The position numbers were made by a program, and so were the translations under genes. DNA of 34,820 nt from positions 1-34,820 of the IMG/VR virus record IMGVR_UViG_3300038674_000863, one strand, 5' to 3'. Shown here piece after piece: positions 25,886-34,108 of this stretch. Origin of the DNA: a virus (Duplodnaviria > Caudoviricetes). Position 1 is the stretch's first letter, and the number at the start of each line of letters is the position of its first letter. The notes under the pieces are model-generated. The model worked only from the letters and a program-made list of their open reading frames with translations, was not told the origin of the DNA and made no database searches.

Positions 25886-26395
25886 TTATCCCTCTGTTCC
25901 GTGCGCTTTGCCCTCTGCTATAAGTACAGCCTGCCCCATAACCTTACCAAACTGCCTGGCTTGCTTAACCGTCGGCATCAAAATATCAATCCTCTGTGTA
26001 TGCCTCGCGTGCATTAAATCCTCGATCACAAACACACCCAAACCCGCGATATACACGGATCTGCCAAATGTCCAACCGTCGTTAAACAGATCCCTGGACA
26101 CCGCTATTGTACGCCCCGGCCTGGGTCTTACCATCATGGCCGTCATATGAGGAGAGGCGTCGCATTCCCGGGAGCGGGCAGTATATGCTGTAATAGTAAC
26201 CGCCCGATTGTATTTATCCGCCAGGCGGCTCTCCAGCTCGGCAATATACATTTCCTGATTAGCGATCAACTCCCGGCTCAACCTAATCTCTGCCTGCTGC
26301 TGCCCGATGATGCGGTTATTATTAGACATCACCAATAGGGAGCCGATCACGTAACAGATGACACAGATAATCGCTATGTAGATGTCCTTACGCAT
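25886..26395 (-). CDS. Membrane-anchored 3D-domain (MltA-like) cell-wall protein
   Basis: N-terminal TM, coiled coil, TITAY..ECD..P..TA, IAVSRDL, IEDLM, IDI. Confidence 0.8.
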   Translation of the reverse strand: MRKDIYIAIICVICYVIGSLLVMSNNNRIIGQQQAEIRLSRELIANQEMYIAELESRLADKYNRAVTITAYTARSRECDASPHMTAMMVRPRPGRTIAVSRDLFNDGWTFGRSVYIAGLGVFVIEDLMHARHTQRIDILMPTVKQARQFGKVMGQAVLIAEGKAHGTEG

Positions 26396-27064
26396 CTATC
26401 CCCTGAGTTCCTTAAATATGGCGCCAAGGAGTTCTTTTTTAACACTGGCAATTATAAATTTCGCAGCTTCCTGAATTGATACCGCATTCTCCCCTTCGAC
26501 CCTGGCAATATCCCGGGCGAGAGAGGATTCTATTGAGGCCGGTATTAAGCCTGTCTCTACAACAGGTTTTATTTTTTTAACCTTACCATTTTTCCCACCA
26601 ACCTTTCCGGCTCTGAGGTTAGCCATATATTCGGATGTGCATTTTTTGCATACGCTCTTATATCCATCCGATCCAGTCTTGGATTTATGAAAATCTTCTT
26701 CTCTGTTTTTTTCTTTTTTGCATTTTGTACATATTTTTGTTGTCATTTTTTCTCCTAATTCTATATGTTCATCACCAGAGGCAAACCTCGCCTCAATCTT
26801 CTTTATAATATCCATCCTCGTAGGTTTACGTTTATCCCTGACCGCCGATTTCAGATTTCCGACATCAGTTCTTATTGACTTACCCTGGGCGCAATCAACG
26901 CATTCCTCGAATGACATCCCCATATTTGGATCATGCTGCCATGTGCCAAAAGTCGAGGTAAATCCGCCCTGACGTTTAATGCAATCCGCCTTTTTCATCC
27001 GTGTTTTAAAACGATCACACAGAAAATAATCCGGTCCGTTCAATATTTTTTCTATCGATTCCAT
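26396..27064 (-). CDS. Hypothetical zinc-binding protein
   Basis: C..C..CVDCAQG N domain; KICTKCKKEK...F......DGYKSVCKKC; start set at 27064. Confidence 0.6.
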   Translation of the reverse strand: MESIEKILNGPDYFLCDRFKTRMKKADCIKRQGGFTSTFGTWQHDPNMGMSFEECVDCAQGKSIRTDVGNLKSAVRDKRKPTRMDIIKKIEARFASGDEHIELGEKMTTKICTKCKKEKNREEDFHKSKTGSDGYKSVCKKCTSEYMANLRAGKVGGKNGKVKKIKPVVETGLIPASIESSLARDIARVEGENAVSIQEAAKFIIASVKKELLGAIFKELRG

Positions 27065-27133
27065 TCGATATTCCTTGCGCCTTGAGCCCTGTAAACACAA
27101 AATATTACAACCATCTGATTCACCATTCACAAA

Positions 27134-27520
27134 TCATCCTTCACCATTATTCGTAAGCCACTCCATCGCATTCTCATACGCCTCCTCATACCCCTGGCCA
27201 ATTTTGAGGTACAGTGCCCCCTGGTATGACGATGGCAAAGACTTAAAACAGGTGTAACAAAACGAAGACCCTGGCCGCTTGGTACCACCGCAGACACATT
27301 CATTGCTTTTAAACTCTTTAATGTACCAGATCCGGTCCCGTTCCACCTGGCTCATAGCCTTCTTACCCTGACCTCTGTCCTCTGACCTCTGACCTCTGTC
27401 TGTCCTGACGACTCCCTCCGGACATTCCCGGATAAGCGTCAATGGCCGAGAACAATTATTCACTTCGCCTCGACTAAAATCCCTGCACCTTGTATTGAAA
27501 CACTTTATTAATACTGACAT
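27134..27520 (-). CDS. Cys-rich hypothetical protein with a repeat-encoded linker
   Basis: Two Cys clusters separated by DRGQRSEDRGQG. Confidence 0.6.
   Translation of the reverse strand: MSVLIKCFNTRCRDFSRGEVNNCSRPLTLIRECPEGVVRTDRGQRSEDRGQGKKAMSQVERDRIWYIKEFKSNECVCGGTKRPGSSFCYTCFKSLPSSYQGALYLKIGQGYEEAYENAMEWLTNNGEG
27367..27400. repeat. TCTGACC heptamer tandem repeat (intragenic)
   Basis: cctgacc-tctgtcc-tctgacc-tctgacc-tctgtc. Confidence 0.75.
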
Positions 27521-27639
27521 TTTTTCACCCTTGCGATCATCACTTTTTTACAGTTTAAACACTCACAGCTCTCGCCATGTTTAAAAGCCAGCAGGATAAA
27601 ATGCACTTTAAGCCCTTGTCTTATCTGTACTGCTTCCAT
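27508..27639 (-). CDS. Small hypothetical protein (43 aa)
   Basis: MEAVQIRQG...CECLNCKK; fills the gap and overlaps the next start. Confidence 0.4.
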   Translation of the reverse strand: MEAVQIRQGLKVHFILLAFKHGESCECLNCKKVMIARVKKCQY

Positions 27640-27646
27640 CTTTCTT

Positions 27647-27693
27647 GCCTAATAGCCTACAGCCTGTACGGGCACGGCGCACCGTGCCCCTAC
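27647..27693. repeat. AGCCT repeats plus GTAG-type REP palindrome
   Basis: gtacgggcacgg-cgca-ccgtgcccctac; near-copy at 30332-30353. Confidence 0.75.
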
Positions 27694-28181
27694 GCCTGCT
27701 TTTTAATCTCCCAGCTAATATTTTCCTTCGGCTTTTTAGACGCCCCAATAGCCGCCAGTTTTTCATCATTCCATTTCTCAATTACAGGCCGGTCAATGTT
27801 CTTAACGATTATGATCCCGTCAGACCAGCCCAGCCCCTCGATCTTTTCAACCGCATCCTTCGGGATAGTGACCTTATCCTCTTTGGCATACAGTATGATC
27901 CCGTGAGGGAGAGAAACCTTGTCACCATCCAAACCGAACAAATCAACCCGGTTTTTAAGCGCAAATTTCTTGAGAGCCTTTTCAGCATCGGTTTTCATCT
28001 CTTTCAGAACAGCCAGATCACCGGCATAACGATCACGGATCTTGCTCATCTCCTCCTCGATGCAAGCCTCAATATTAACAACCTCCAACTCACAAGCCCC
28101 AACAGCCATAAGCATTTCATCAGCTTTATCTCTGATCTCTGACATCAGCCCTCTGACCTCTGGTATTTTCTTCTTTCCCAT
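27690..28181 (-). CDS. gam: Host-nuclease inhibitor Gam family protein
   Basis: Coiled coil, F...NR.DLF, V.LPHG.I, IDR, G.....ENI; Mu-like position. Confidence 0.72.
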   Translation of the reverse strand: MGKKKIPEVRGLMSEIRDKADEMLMAVGACELEVVNIEACIEEEMSKIRDRYAGDLAVLKEMKTDAEKALKKFALKNRVDLFGLDGDKVSLPHGIILYAKEDKVTIPKDAVEKIEGLGWSDGIIIVKNIDRPVIEKWNDEKLAAIGASKKPKENISWEIKKQA

Positions 28182-28223
28182 CTTAAATCTCCTGACTTCT
28201 GTCTTCTGACTTCTGACTACTGA
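28128..28223. repeat. TCTGANN heptamer tracts on both sides of a gene junction
   Basis: tctgatc-tctgaca..tctgacc-tctgg and cctgact-tctgtct-tctgact-tctgact-actga. Confidence 0.7.
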
Positions 28224-28602
28224 AATTCAAACTCATCTGCCCAATCAACTCCGGCAAACTCACCTTCCTGATCTTAGCCTCCATCGCCAGTTTTTTAAGC
28301 GCAGGCCTGTGCAGCATACTACCCAGATATTCCTCAAGTTCGCTTCCTGCCCTGGGTAGATAATATCCTCCGCCATCTCTGGCACATGTAGACCCAATCG
28401 CCCGGCCCTGGCTGCGCACAGCAGTCACAAGCTTCCTGATCTTCTTTGTGTCATTAATCTTGTGTGCCACAGGCTCGTTAAACACCTGGGTATAAAGCAC
28501 GTCCATACCCACAGCATTTTCTTTGCCCATATGATCCAACAGAGCCTCCAGCAGCCGCGCCTTTGCCTCATCAAACGTCAGGTCATCTTTTTTAAAAGGC
28601 AT
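28183..28602 (-). CDS. Hypothetical wHTH-like protein
   Basis: H.GKENAV...KIRKLV..VR.QG.AIGS....GGGYY; start MPFKK at 28602. Confidence 0.65.
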   Translation of the reverse strand: MPFKKDDLTFDEAKARLLEALLDHMGKENAVGMDVLYTQVFNEPVAHKINDTKKIRKLVTAVRSQGRAIGSTCARDGGGYYLPRAGSELEEYLGSMLHRPALKKLAMEAKIRKVSLPELIGQMSLNFSSQKSEDRSQEI

Positions 28603-29059
28603 GTGTCCCCCTTGTAGGGGCAGGCCCCCGTGCCTGCCCGCTATTAATGGATTCCAAAACCGCCAACAATCTCTTGAGCTTCCCTGCATCCTTACACCAG
28701 TTAAGTTCATCAACCCCGCAAATCTTTTTAACCAGCCCGCTGGCTGAAGTCACCAAACCCTCATCCAAAGCCTTATCCAGCAGGCCTCTGGCCCTGATCC
28801 TTAAGGCTGTTACCTGATACCCTCCCTGCGCCTTGCGCCCTGCGCCCTGCACCTTAAACCCCTTTGATTCAAAATACCGGATGACATTTTTTAACTGGTT
28901 AATATTTAACTGCCTGGAGCTGCGTTTCCCTGGCGCATGGGCCTCAATGATGTCACGGTAATCATCCTCCTCGATGCACAGTTTAGCGCGGGCAATATGC
29001 ACTTTGGCCAGCAGCGCCAACCTCATTTTATCCCTGTTTGTGTTATTACCCTGTGCCAT
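28592..29059 (-). CDS. gemA: Regulatory protein GemA (Mu gp16, DUF1018)
   Basis: LAKVHIARAKL...DDYR......GKRSS..L...QL..V......KGF. Confidence 0.85.
   Translation of the reverse strand: MAQGNNTNRDKMRLALLAKVHIARAKLCIEEDDYRDIIEAHAPGKRSSRQLNINQLKNVIRYFESKGFKVQGAGRKAQGGYQVTALRIRARGLLDKALDEGLVTSASGLVKKICGVDELNWCKDAGKLKRLLAVLESINSGQARGPAPTRGTHAF
28614..28639 (+). repeat. GTAG-type REP palindrome inside the gemA 3' end
   Basis: GTAG-GGGCAGGC-CCCCGT-GCCTGCCC. Confidence 0.75.
28824..28855. repeat. CCYTGCG heptamer repeat inside gemA
   Basis: ccctgcg-ccttgcg-ccctgcg-ccctgca-cctt, encoding VQGAGRKAQG. Confidence 0.7.
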
Positions 29060-29103
29060 CTTATTTCGTGCCTTTCGTGTATTTCGTGGTTAAAAAATCT
29101 TCC

Positions 29104-29125
29104 AACTAAACAAATTCTGCGACTA
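29104..29125. promoter_or_regulatory. Internal exact copy of the end-type 22-bp site
   Basis: AACTAAACAAATTCTGCGACTA, 22/22 identical to 867-888. Confidence 0.75.
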
Positions 29126-29629
29126 CTCCATTACTTGCATGCGGTACTTTACCCGGTCCGCAACGTTATAAACCCACTCCGGCGTTGTCACGCAAGCTCT
29201 CCGGCCAACCCTTACCACATGGCCAGCCTCAAGCAGCTCTTCAACAATATCAAGCACATAACTTTTTTTCGTGTTCGCCAGACTGGCAATATCACTAAGC
29301 GTAAATTCCGTTGAGATATAAATTGCTTTTAAAATTTTGCTCTTTACCGGGCCGACCTTGCCCTTGTATGAGCTGTTATATTTCATCAGACCTGATGGCG
29401 TCTTTATTATCTCCCCGCGTTTAACAAAATCACCGATGGCCGAAACAACCCGAGTTACTTCCTTGCCCGGAGCAACATTCAACTCCCGATACAGAGTAGA
29501 ATATGCAACCGGTCTGGAGGTACCCATGAGCACACGACGGATATCCCCAGCCAGCCCGCTTCTTGGGCTCTTGCCTTCCAGCTTTGAGCTTTCAGCTTTG
29601 AGCTTGTTTTTATCTTTTCCCGTCTTCAT
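29123..29629 (-). CDS. Putative tandem winged-helix DNA-binding protein
   Basis: FTLSDIASLA...KSYV..IVEELLEAGHV.RVG; follows B; N-terminus encoded by AAAGCT heptamers (29574-29605). Confidence 0.6.
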   Translation of the reverse strand: MKTGKDKNKLKAESSKLEGKSPRSGLAGDIRRVLMGTSRPVAYSTLYRELNVAPGKEVTRVVSAIGDFVKRGEIIKTPSGLMKYNSSYKGKVGPVKSKILKAIYISTEFTLSDIASLANTKKSYVLDIVEELLEAGHVVRVGRRACVTTPEWVYNVADRVKYRMQVME

Positions 29630-30308
29630 CGATAATCGCCTTTACCAGGTCTTCAGGTATAGTTTTTAGTCCGGAGGCCTCAATAGCCCTCTCAATGTCC
29701 GCCGCTATTTTAAGCACCGGCCTCCAGTCTCCCTGGGAATGCCGGTGAATAAGGCTTGCAACCGCGGGCTCTATGTTTTTTTCCAGGGATTTCCTAAAAA
29801 ATACAACTATGTCCGGTTGTGTAATCGCACCAAAGTCCATGCTCCGCCGAACACGGCTTGATAGCCTGCGTCTTGTGGCAATGCGGCTCCTGAGCCCGTC
29901 TTCACCAATCAGCAGTACCGGGCATGCATAGCGCTCATTCATGTTTCTGAGCATCTCTAGTATTTTCATGGGCAGCAGATCCGCCTCATCTATAATAATG
30001 ATGCGCCTCAATCGGTTCATTTCAGACTGGATCACCTCCAGGCACGCGGCCATGCGTCCGGGCCGAACCTTTGCCAGGTCAATGGTGATCTCCTGAAGGA
30101 GAGTAAGCGGGCTGGTGGTTATCATGGGCGGGATATAAACCGCACTGCTGTTCACTGCGTACCTCTTTGCACTCTCTGATTTACCTCTGCCAGCAGGCCC
30201 TGTAACCACTGCCAGTGAAGGCCCTATGAGGCTCCGCCTGTCTTCAAGCTCCGCACAAATATCGTTAAACCGTGTAACATTGTCCGTATCCAAAAATATT
30301 TCCTTCAT
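29610..30308 (-). CDS. Transposition AAA+ ATPase (MuB-like)
   Basis: GPAGRGKS Walker A, IIIDEAD Walker B, SRV arginine finger; follows the transposase. Confidence 0.9.
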   Translation of the reverse strand: MKEIFLDTDNVTRFNDICAELEDRRSLIGPSLAVVTGPAGRGKSESAKRYAVNSSAVYIPPMITTSPLTLLQEITIDLAKVRPGRMAACLEVIQSEMNRLRRIIIIDEADLLPMKILEMLRNMNERYACPVLLIGEDGLRSRIATRRRLSSRVRRSMDFGAITQPDIVVFFRKSLEKNIEPAVASLIHRHSQGDWRPVLKIAADIERAIEASGLKTIPEDLVKAIIDEDGKR

Positions 30309-30331
30309 CGTTCCATCTCCTTCTTTATACT

Positions 30332-30423
30332 GGCACGGGCACCGTGCCCCTACATCTTTTACCGTTCGTGTATTTCGTGTTTTTCGTGGTTAACTCTTAT
30401 CTTCCCTAACAGCCTACAGCCTA
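30332..30423. repeat. Composite junction: REP palindrome, 9-mer triplet and AGCCT repeats
   Basis: Three repeat families fill the A-B intergenic space. Confidence 0.7.
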
Positions 30424-32700
30424 AACCGCTTCATACGCACGCACTGTCTCCCAATAATCGCGCTGATCTTCATTCATCCGGCCTTCATAATCCTGTTTAA
30501 AATCAACATCCGCCTGGGCCAGCTCATCCCCATGATTTTCGGCCTTAATCACCCACTTATACCTGTCCAGTTCTGTAAGAAAGTACTGCGGCCTGGAGAG
30601 AGGTTTTTGACTTCTGACTTCCGACCTCTGCCCTCCGACCTCTAACTTCTCGCTTCTATCCTCAATCTTCCTGATCCCCTCCTCCATCTCCTCTGGAGAC
30701 AACTCCCTGTAAATTTCCCTGTTTTTCTCCTGGATGGCCTTGCGCTCTGATCCAATCACGGCGGCTGCTTTTTCAATGGTGGAAACCTTGCTGTACTCCA
30801 GCATATCCGGTATGCCAGACGTAAGAGCCCGGTATTCAAGTATAAATCCTTTGCGATGGCGTCGCTTTTCTTCAATCTTACGCGCGGTCAAATCCGGGTT
30901 AATCATGGAAGAGTATTCCACCGGCTCTGCCCTGCAGATGTAGTTGCCATCATCAAAAACAAGCAGCCAATCCGGGTCAAGAGGGTCATACCTGAGTTCA
31001 ACCCGCTTCCCGTGCAGGTCAATCATGTGCGGTCTTGCGTCGCTGCAATCACAGCGTTCACGCTTGTCTTCGTATGTTTCACCCTGGAAGAGTATACGCC
31101 CGCGGTCAATAATACGGCCCTTGTTAACGCGAGGTAAAAACACCAGGTCAATGGCCTCCTGGCTAAGCATTACAGGCTTCCAGCCGTCCACAGCGCACTG
31201 TTTGAGGCATTCCAACGGAGTAGCGCTCTTGGGTTTTGGACGCCATTTCCATTCTTTTAAAACACCGCGGTGCGCCTTTTTGCTGTTGTAATAGTCCATT
31301 GCCTTAAGCACAGTGAGCACAAATTCACGGTAAGTGAGGAGTTTACCGGCCTCTCCTAGCCTTTTGATCTCAGCCCAGGCAACGTCGTTTTCATGGATGT
31401 CTCCGCCCAGGATGGCTGTAGATCCGGGCACGCAGAAATGGTCAACAAGGATAGCTTCAAGCACATTAAATGTGCCCTCAATCATCTTTGCCTTGGCATT
31501 TTTTACGATCGCCAGGCGCTGGGTACCGGGCACAGTAGCGAGTGGGTTGATTTCCTCTGCATTGCAATCAATATCCACATCGGCATCAACCTCATTTTTA
31601 ACCTCCAGGCCGATAGCTCGCATGTCTTTTAAAATGCTCATAATGTAGCGGGATCGCTCCGGCTTGCCGTTATCATTATAGATAGAGCCGAACGGCCCGA
31701 AAATCTTAAGACCCATGTGCAGAGCCATTCCCATAAGGTATGAGTCATATTTTTTATCAATGGCGCCGCCATAAAAACACCTGGTCCGAAGATCCTGCCA
31801 GAAGTACCCTTCAGGGCGAAATACCTCGCCGGTTTCATCATCAGTCACCCAAAAATCAAACCGGTGCTGATCGCCGACAAGTATCTCAAACGGGCTTAAG
31901 TCCGAATAATCACGGAGCACAGGCGGGAGCATGTTATCAAGGGCGCGTAAACCTCCGCGTTGGTAAGCCTTAAGCTGCGGCGTAACCTTTTTGTTAAGCC
32001 ACCAGAGGGCGGACTCATAACAGCCAATATCCCAATTCATTTCAACAGATTTTGCGACTAATGTTGCATACAGGGCATCCTTGGCCATATTGCGATGCTC
32101 GCGTTTAATAACAAGGCCCACCCACCAGTCAATTGCTTCGGGCGTCCAGGCGCGCGGCTTACTCTCTCCTTTTGTGTGTTTGAGGCCTGCCAGCCCTTTT
32201 TCATCATATTTTTTAATCTGGCGATATATAGTGGAGGCTGTGGTATTATAACGTTTAGCTACATCTTCAACCCAGGCGCGGCACTTCCAGCCCTGGGGAA
32301 CATTCTGTGCCTCTGTAACAATCCGAGACCACTTGGCAACACGCGGGTTTCTGATGACATTCATATCTATAATATTGTTGCCGGTCCAGGCGTCAGAAGG
32401 TTGAAGGCGGCTTTGAAACCCGTCCAAATATGCAGGCACATCACCGGCCAGGTGCTCAACCGTAGCCAGTGCCACACAGGGAGACAAAGCGGGCAGGGCA
32501 TCAATGGACATCTTGCCGTTTTTAGCCAGCGCAGTTTGGATATCTTCAGGTAAAGTAGTTTTAATATACATCTTTGTATTACGGGCAACTTGTATATATC
32601 GCCAGTTTTCCTTCTTCGCCCTTTTGAGAATCGATATCCTTGATTTTCCAATCGCGTCGGAAATTTCATTAATAGTGGCGTGCGCTTCACTATTTATCAT
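30421..32700 (-). CDS. Mu-like DDE transposase (MuA-like)
   Basis: N-terminal HTH (ISILKRAKKENW), catalytic GDQH / YNDNG / KMIE, RYDP C-terminal domain; start MINSE after a GAGG RBS. Confidence 0.92.
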   Translation of the reverse strand: MINSEAHATINEISDAIGKSRISILKRAKKENWRYIQVARNTKMYIKTTLPEDIQTALAKNGKMSIDALPALSPCVALATVEHLAGDVPAYLDGFQSRLQPSDAWTGNNIIDMNVIRNPRVAKWSRIVTEAQNVPQGWKCRAWVEDVAKRYNTTASTIYRQIKKYDEKGLAGLKHTKGESKPRAWTPEAIDWWVGLVIKREHRNMAKDALYATLVAKSVEMNWDIGCYESALWWLNKKVTPQLKAYQRGGLRALDNMLPPVLRDYSDLSPFEILVGDQHRFDFWVTDDETGEVFRPEGYFWQDLRTRCFYGGAIDKKYDSYLMGMALHMGLKIFGPFGSIYNDNGKPERSRYIMSILKDMRAIGLEVKNEVDADVDIDCNAEEINPLATVPGTQRLAIVKNAKAKMIEGTFNVLEAILVDHFCVPGSTAILGGDIHENDVAWAEIKRLGEAGKLLTYREFVLTVLKAMDYYNSKKAHRGVLKEWKWRPKPKSATPLECLKQCAVDGWKPVMLSQEAIDLVFLPRVNKGRIIDRGRILFQGETYEDKRERCDCSDARPHMIDLHGKRVELRYDPLDPDWLLVFDDGNYICRAEPVEYSSMINPDLTARKIEEKRRHRKGFILEYRALTSGIPDMLEYSKVSTIEKAAAVIGSERKAIQEKNREIYRELSPEEMEEGIRKIEDRSEKLEVGGQRSEVRSQKPLSRPQYFLTELDRYKWVIKAENHGDELAQADVDFKQDYEGRMNEDQRDYWETVRAYEAV
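30605..30650. repeat. TCYGACY heptamer repeat in the transposase C-terminal region
   Basis: About 6 units encoding KLEVGGQRSEVRSQK. Confidence 0.7.
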
Positions 32701-33565
32701 TCTGTACCTCATAATCCTTCATTACTATCCCTTTTTTATTTCTACCTCTGACATGAGGTTTCCAGTAATAAAGACCTTTAATTTTTCCAAATAACGGTTT
32801 TTTATCGGAATATTCTTTTACGTGGCCCCGGCAAAGATGTAATCGATTGAAAGATTCTTCTGTACTTAATGCCGTTTGTTCTGTTTCGTTTTTTGATTTC
32901 AGTATGTCTATTTTTAACGTGTAATAAGAATAGATCGAAGTTTTCCCATTCTTAATTCTTTTTTTATTAAGCTTTGTAGGAGCTTCAGTTTTTTCTTTTT
33001 TTATATTTTTTATGTTCAACGTTGTTAAAATATGGACTATATCCCACGCAAACTCATCTTCATCGTTGAATAATCGACCGTCCCCTTGAGTCATATACTC
33101 CTCAAGTTCGTTGTCATCACAAAAACACTCGCCACACACTTCTACTCCCCACGAAATGTCGTCTAAAGGCCTGTATTGGCTTGGCAATGTTTCTCTATCT
33201 ATTTTTATTCTCCAGGAAATCGGGTATAGCCGCCAGTTCCGGTTTAATGAGTAAAACATATATACATCCAACAGACTATCCGCAGTTTGGTGAACAACTG
33301 TGCCAATTTTTGCTTTGTAAAGTTCTGAAAAGTAATCGAACCAGCATAGTTTATAGGGTGGATAACAATAATTTTTGATGATTTTTTCTAAGAAAGCAGG
33401 GTCATCAACTGGGTCTCTGTCACCTATTAATAAGTCATATAATATTTCAGGATCAGGCACATGAAATTTTTGTGCCTCTTTTATAAGGTATGTCATATCA
33501 TGCAGAAAATCATCATCTTCCCATTTAAAGGGGATCACATTTTCTATCACCTGGTGTGCATACAT
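32690..33565 (-). CDS. AT-rich hypothetical protein with C-terminal H-x-x-RGH...W..HVRG motif
   Basis: 291-aa ORF, GGGAG RBS, overlaps the transposase start. Confidence 0.65.
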   Translation of the reverse strand: MYAHQVIENVIPFKWEDDDFLHDMTYLIKEAQKFHVPDPEILYDLLIGDRDPVDDPAFLEKIIKNYCYPPYKLCWFDYFSELYKAKIGTVVHQTADSLLDVYMFYSLNRNWRLYPISWRIKIDRETLPSQYRPLDDISWGVEVCGECFCDDNELEEYMTQGDGRLFNDEDEFAWDIVHILTTLNIKNIKKEKTEAPTKLNKKRIKNGKTSIYSYYTLKIDILKSKNETEQTALSTEESFNRLHLCRGHVKEYSDKKPLFGKIKGLYYWKPHVRGRNKKGIVMKDYEVQNDK

Positions 33566-33631
33566 CTTAATCTCCCTGTCTGAAAAACCCTTCGGGCAAA
33601 ATGCCCGATCGTAGGGTAAATTTTTTTAGAC

Positions 33632-33715
33632 CTAAAAAATCACTGAAAAAGCAATCGCCCAGGCGATCATTGCAAACCCTGTTACCATGCATTCTGTGAA
33701 TTTACGTGTTGTCAT
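33632..33715 (-). CDS. 27-aa hydrophobic peptide
   Basis: GGAGG RBS, MTTRKFTECMVTGFAMIAWAIAFSVIF. Confidence 0.4.
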   Translation of the reverse strand: MTTRKFTECMVTGFAMIAWAIAFSVIF

Positions 33716-33752
33716 AATAGCCTCCATATTAAATGGCATTAAACTTGCAATT

Positions 33753-34016
33753 CTATATTATATAGGCAACCTTACCGGTTACACATAACTCAGCTTCAAA
33801 CGTATCCCATATTTTTTTTGCACATGCCGGACAGAGCGAATGCGAGACCCCTGTGTTTCCCTCTCCGTCCTTATCTCCCATGTATGTTAAACAATCTGCA
33901 CAGACTATCTGCAGCCGATTTTTCGGTAATGGCAGGGCCGATACACTGATCAGAGTCTTAAATTCTTCTGCCAGTCTGACACCTGATTTCTGATCTCTGA
34001 TTTCTGATCTCTCCAT
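33753..34016 (-). CDS. Hypothetical zinc-ribbon protein
   Basis: CADC...SHSLCPAC; N-terminus encoded by TCAGA heptamers (33975-34011). Confidence 0.6.
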   Translation of the reverse strand: MERSEIRDQKSGVRLAEEFKTLISVSALPLPKNRLQIVCADCLTYMGDKDGEGNTGVSHSLCPACAKKIWDTFEAELCVTGKVAYII

Positions 34017-34108
34017 TACTTCCCCAACTCTTTTAAATATAAATCCAACAGCCTTTTAATTTCCTCATGCTGTGCAGTGGTATCTAAAACTGTCATTACC
34101 TTTTCCAT
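34016..34108 (-). CDS. 30-aa hypothetical protein
   Basis: TAATG overlaps at both ends, GGAG RBS. Confidence 0.5.
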   Translation of the reverse strand: MEKVMTVLDTTAQHEEIKRLLDLYLKELGK

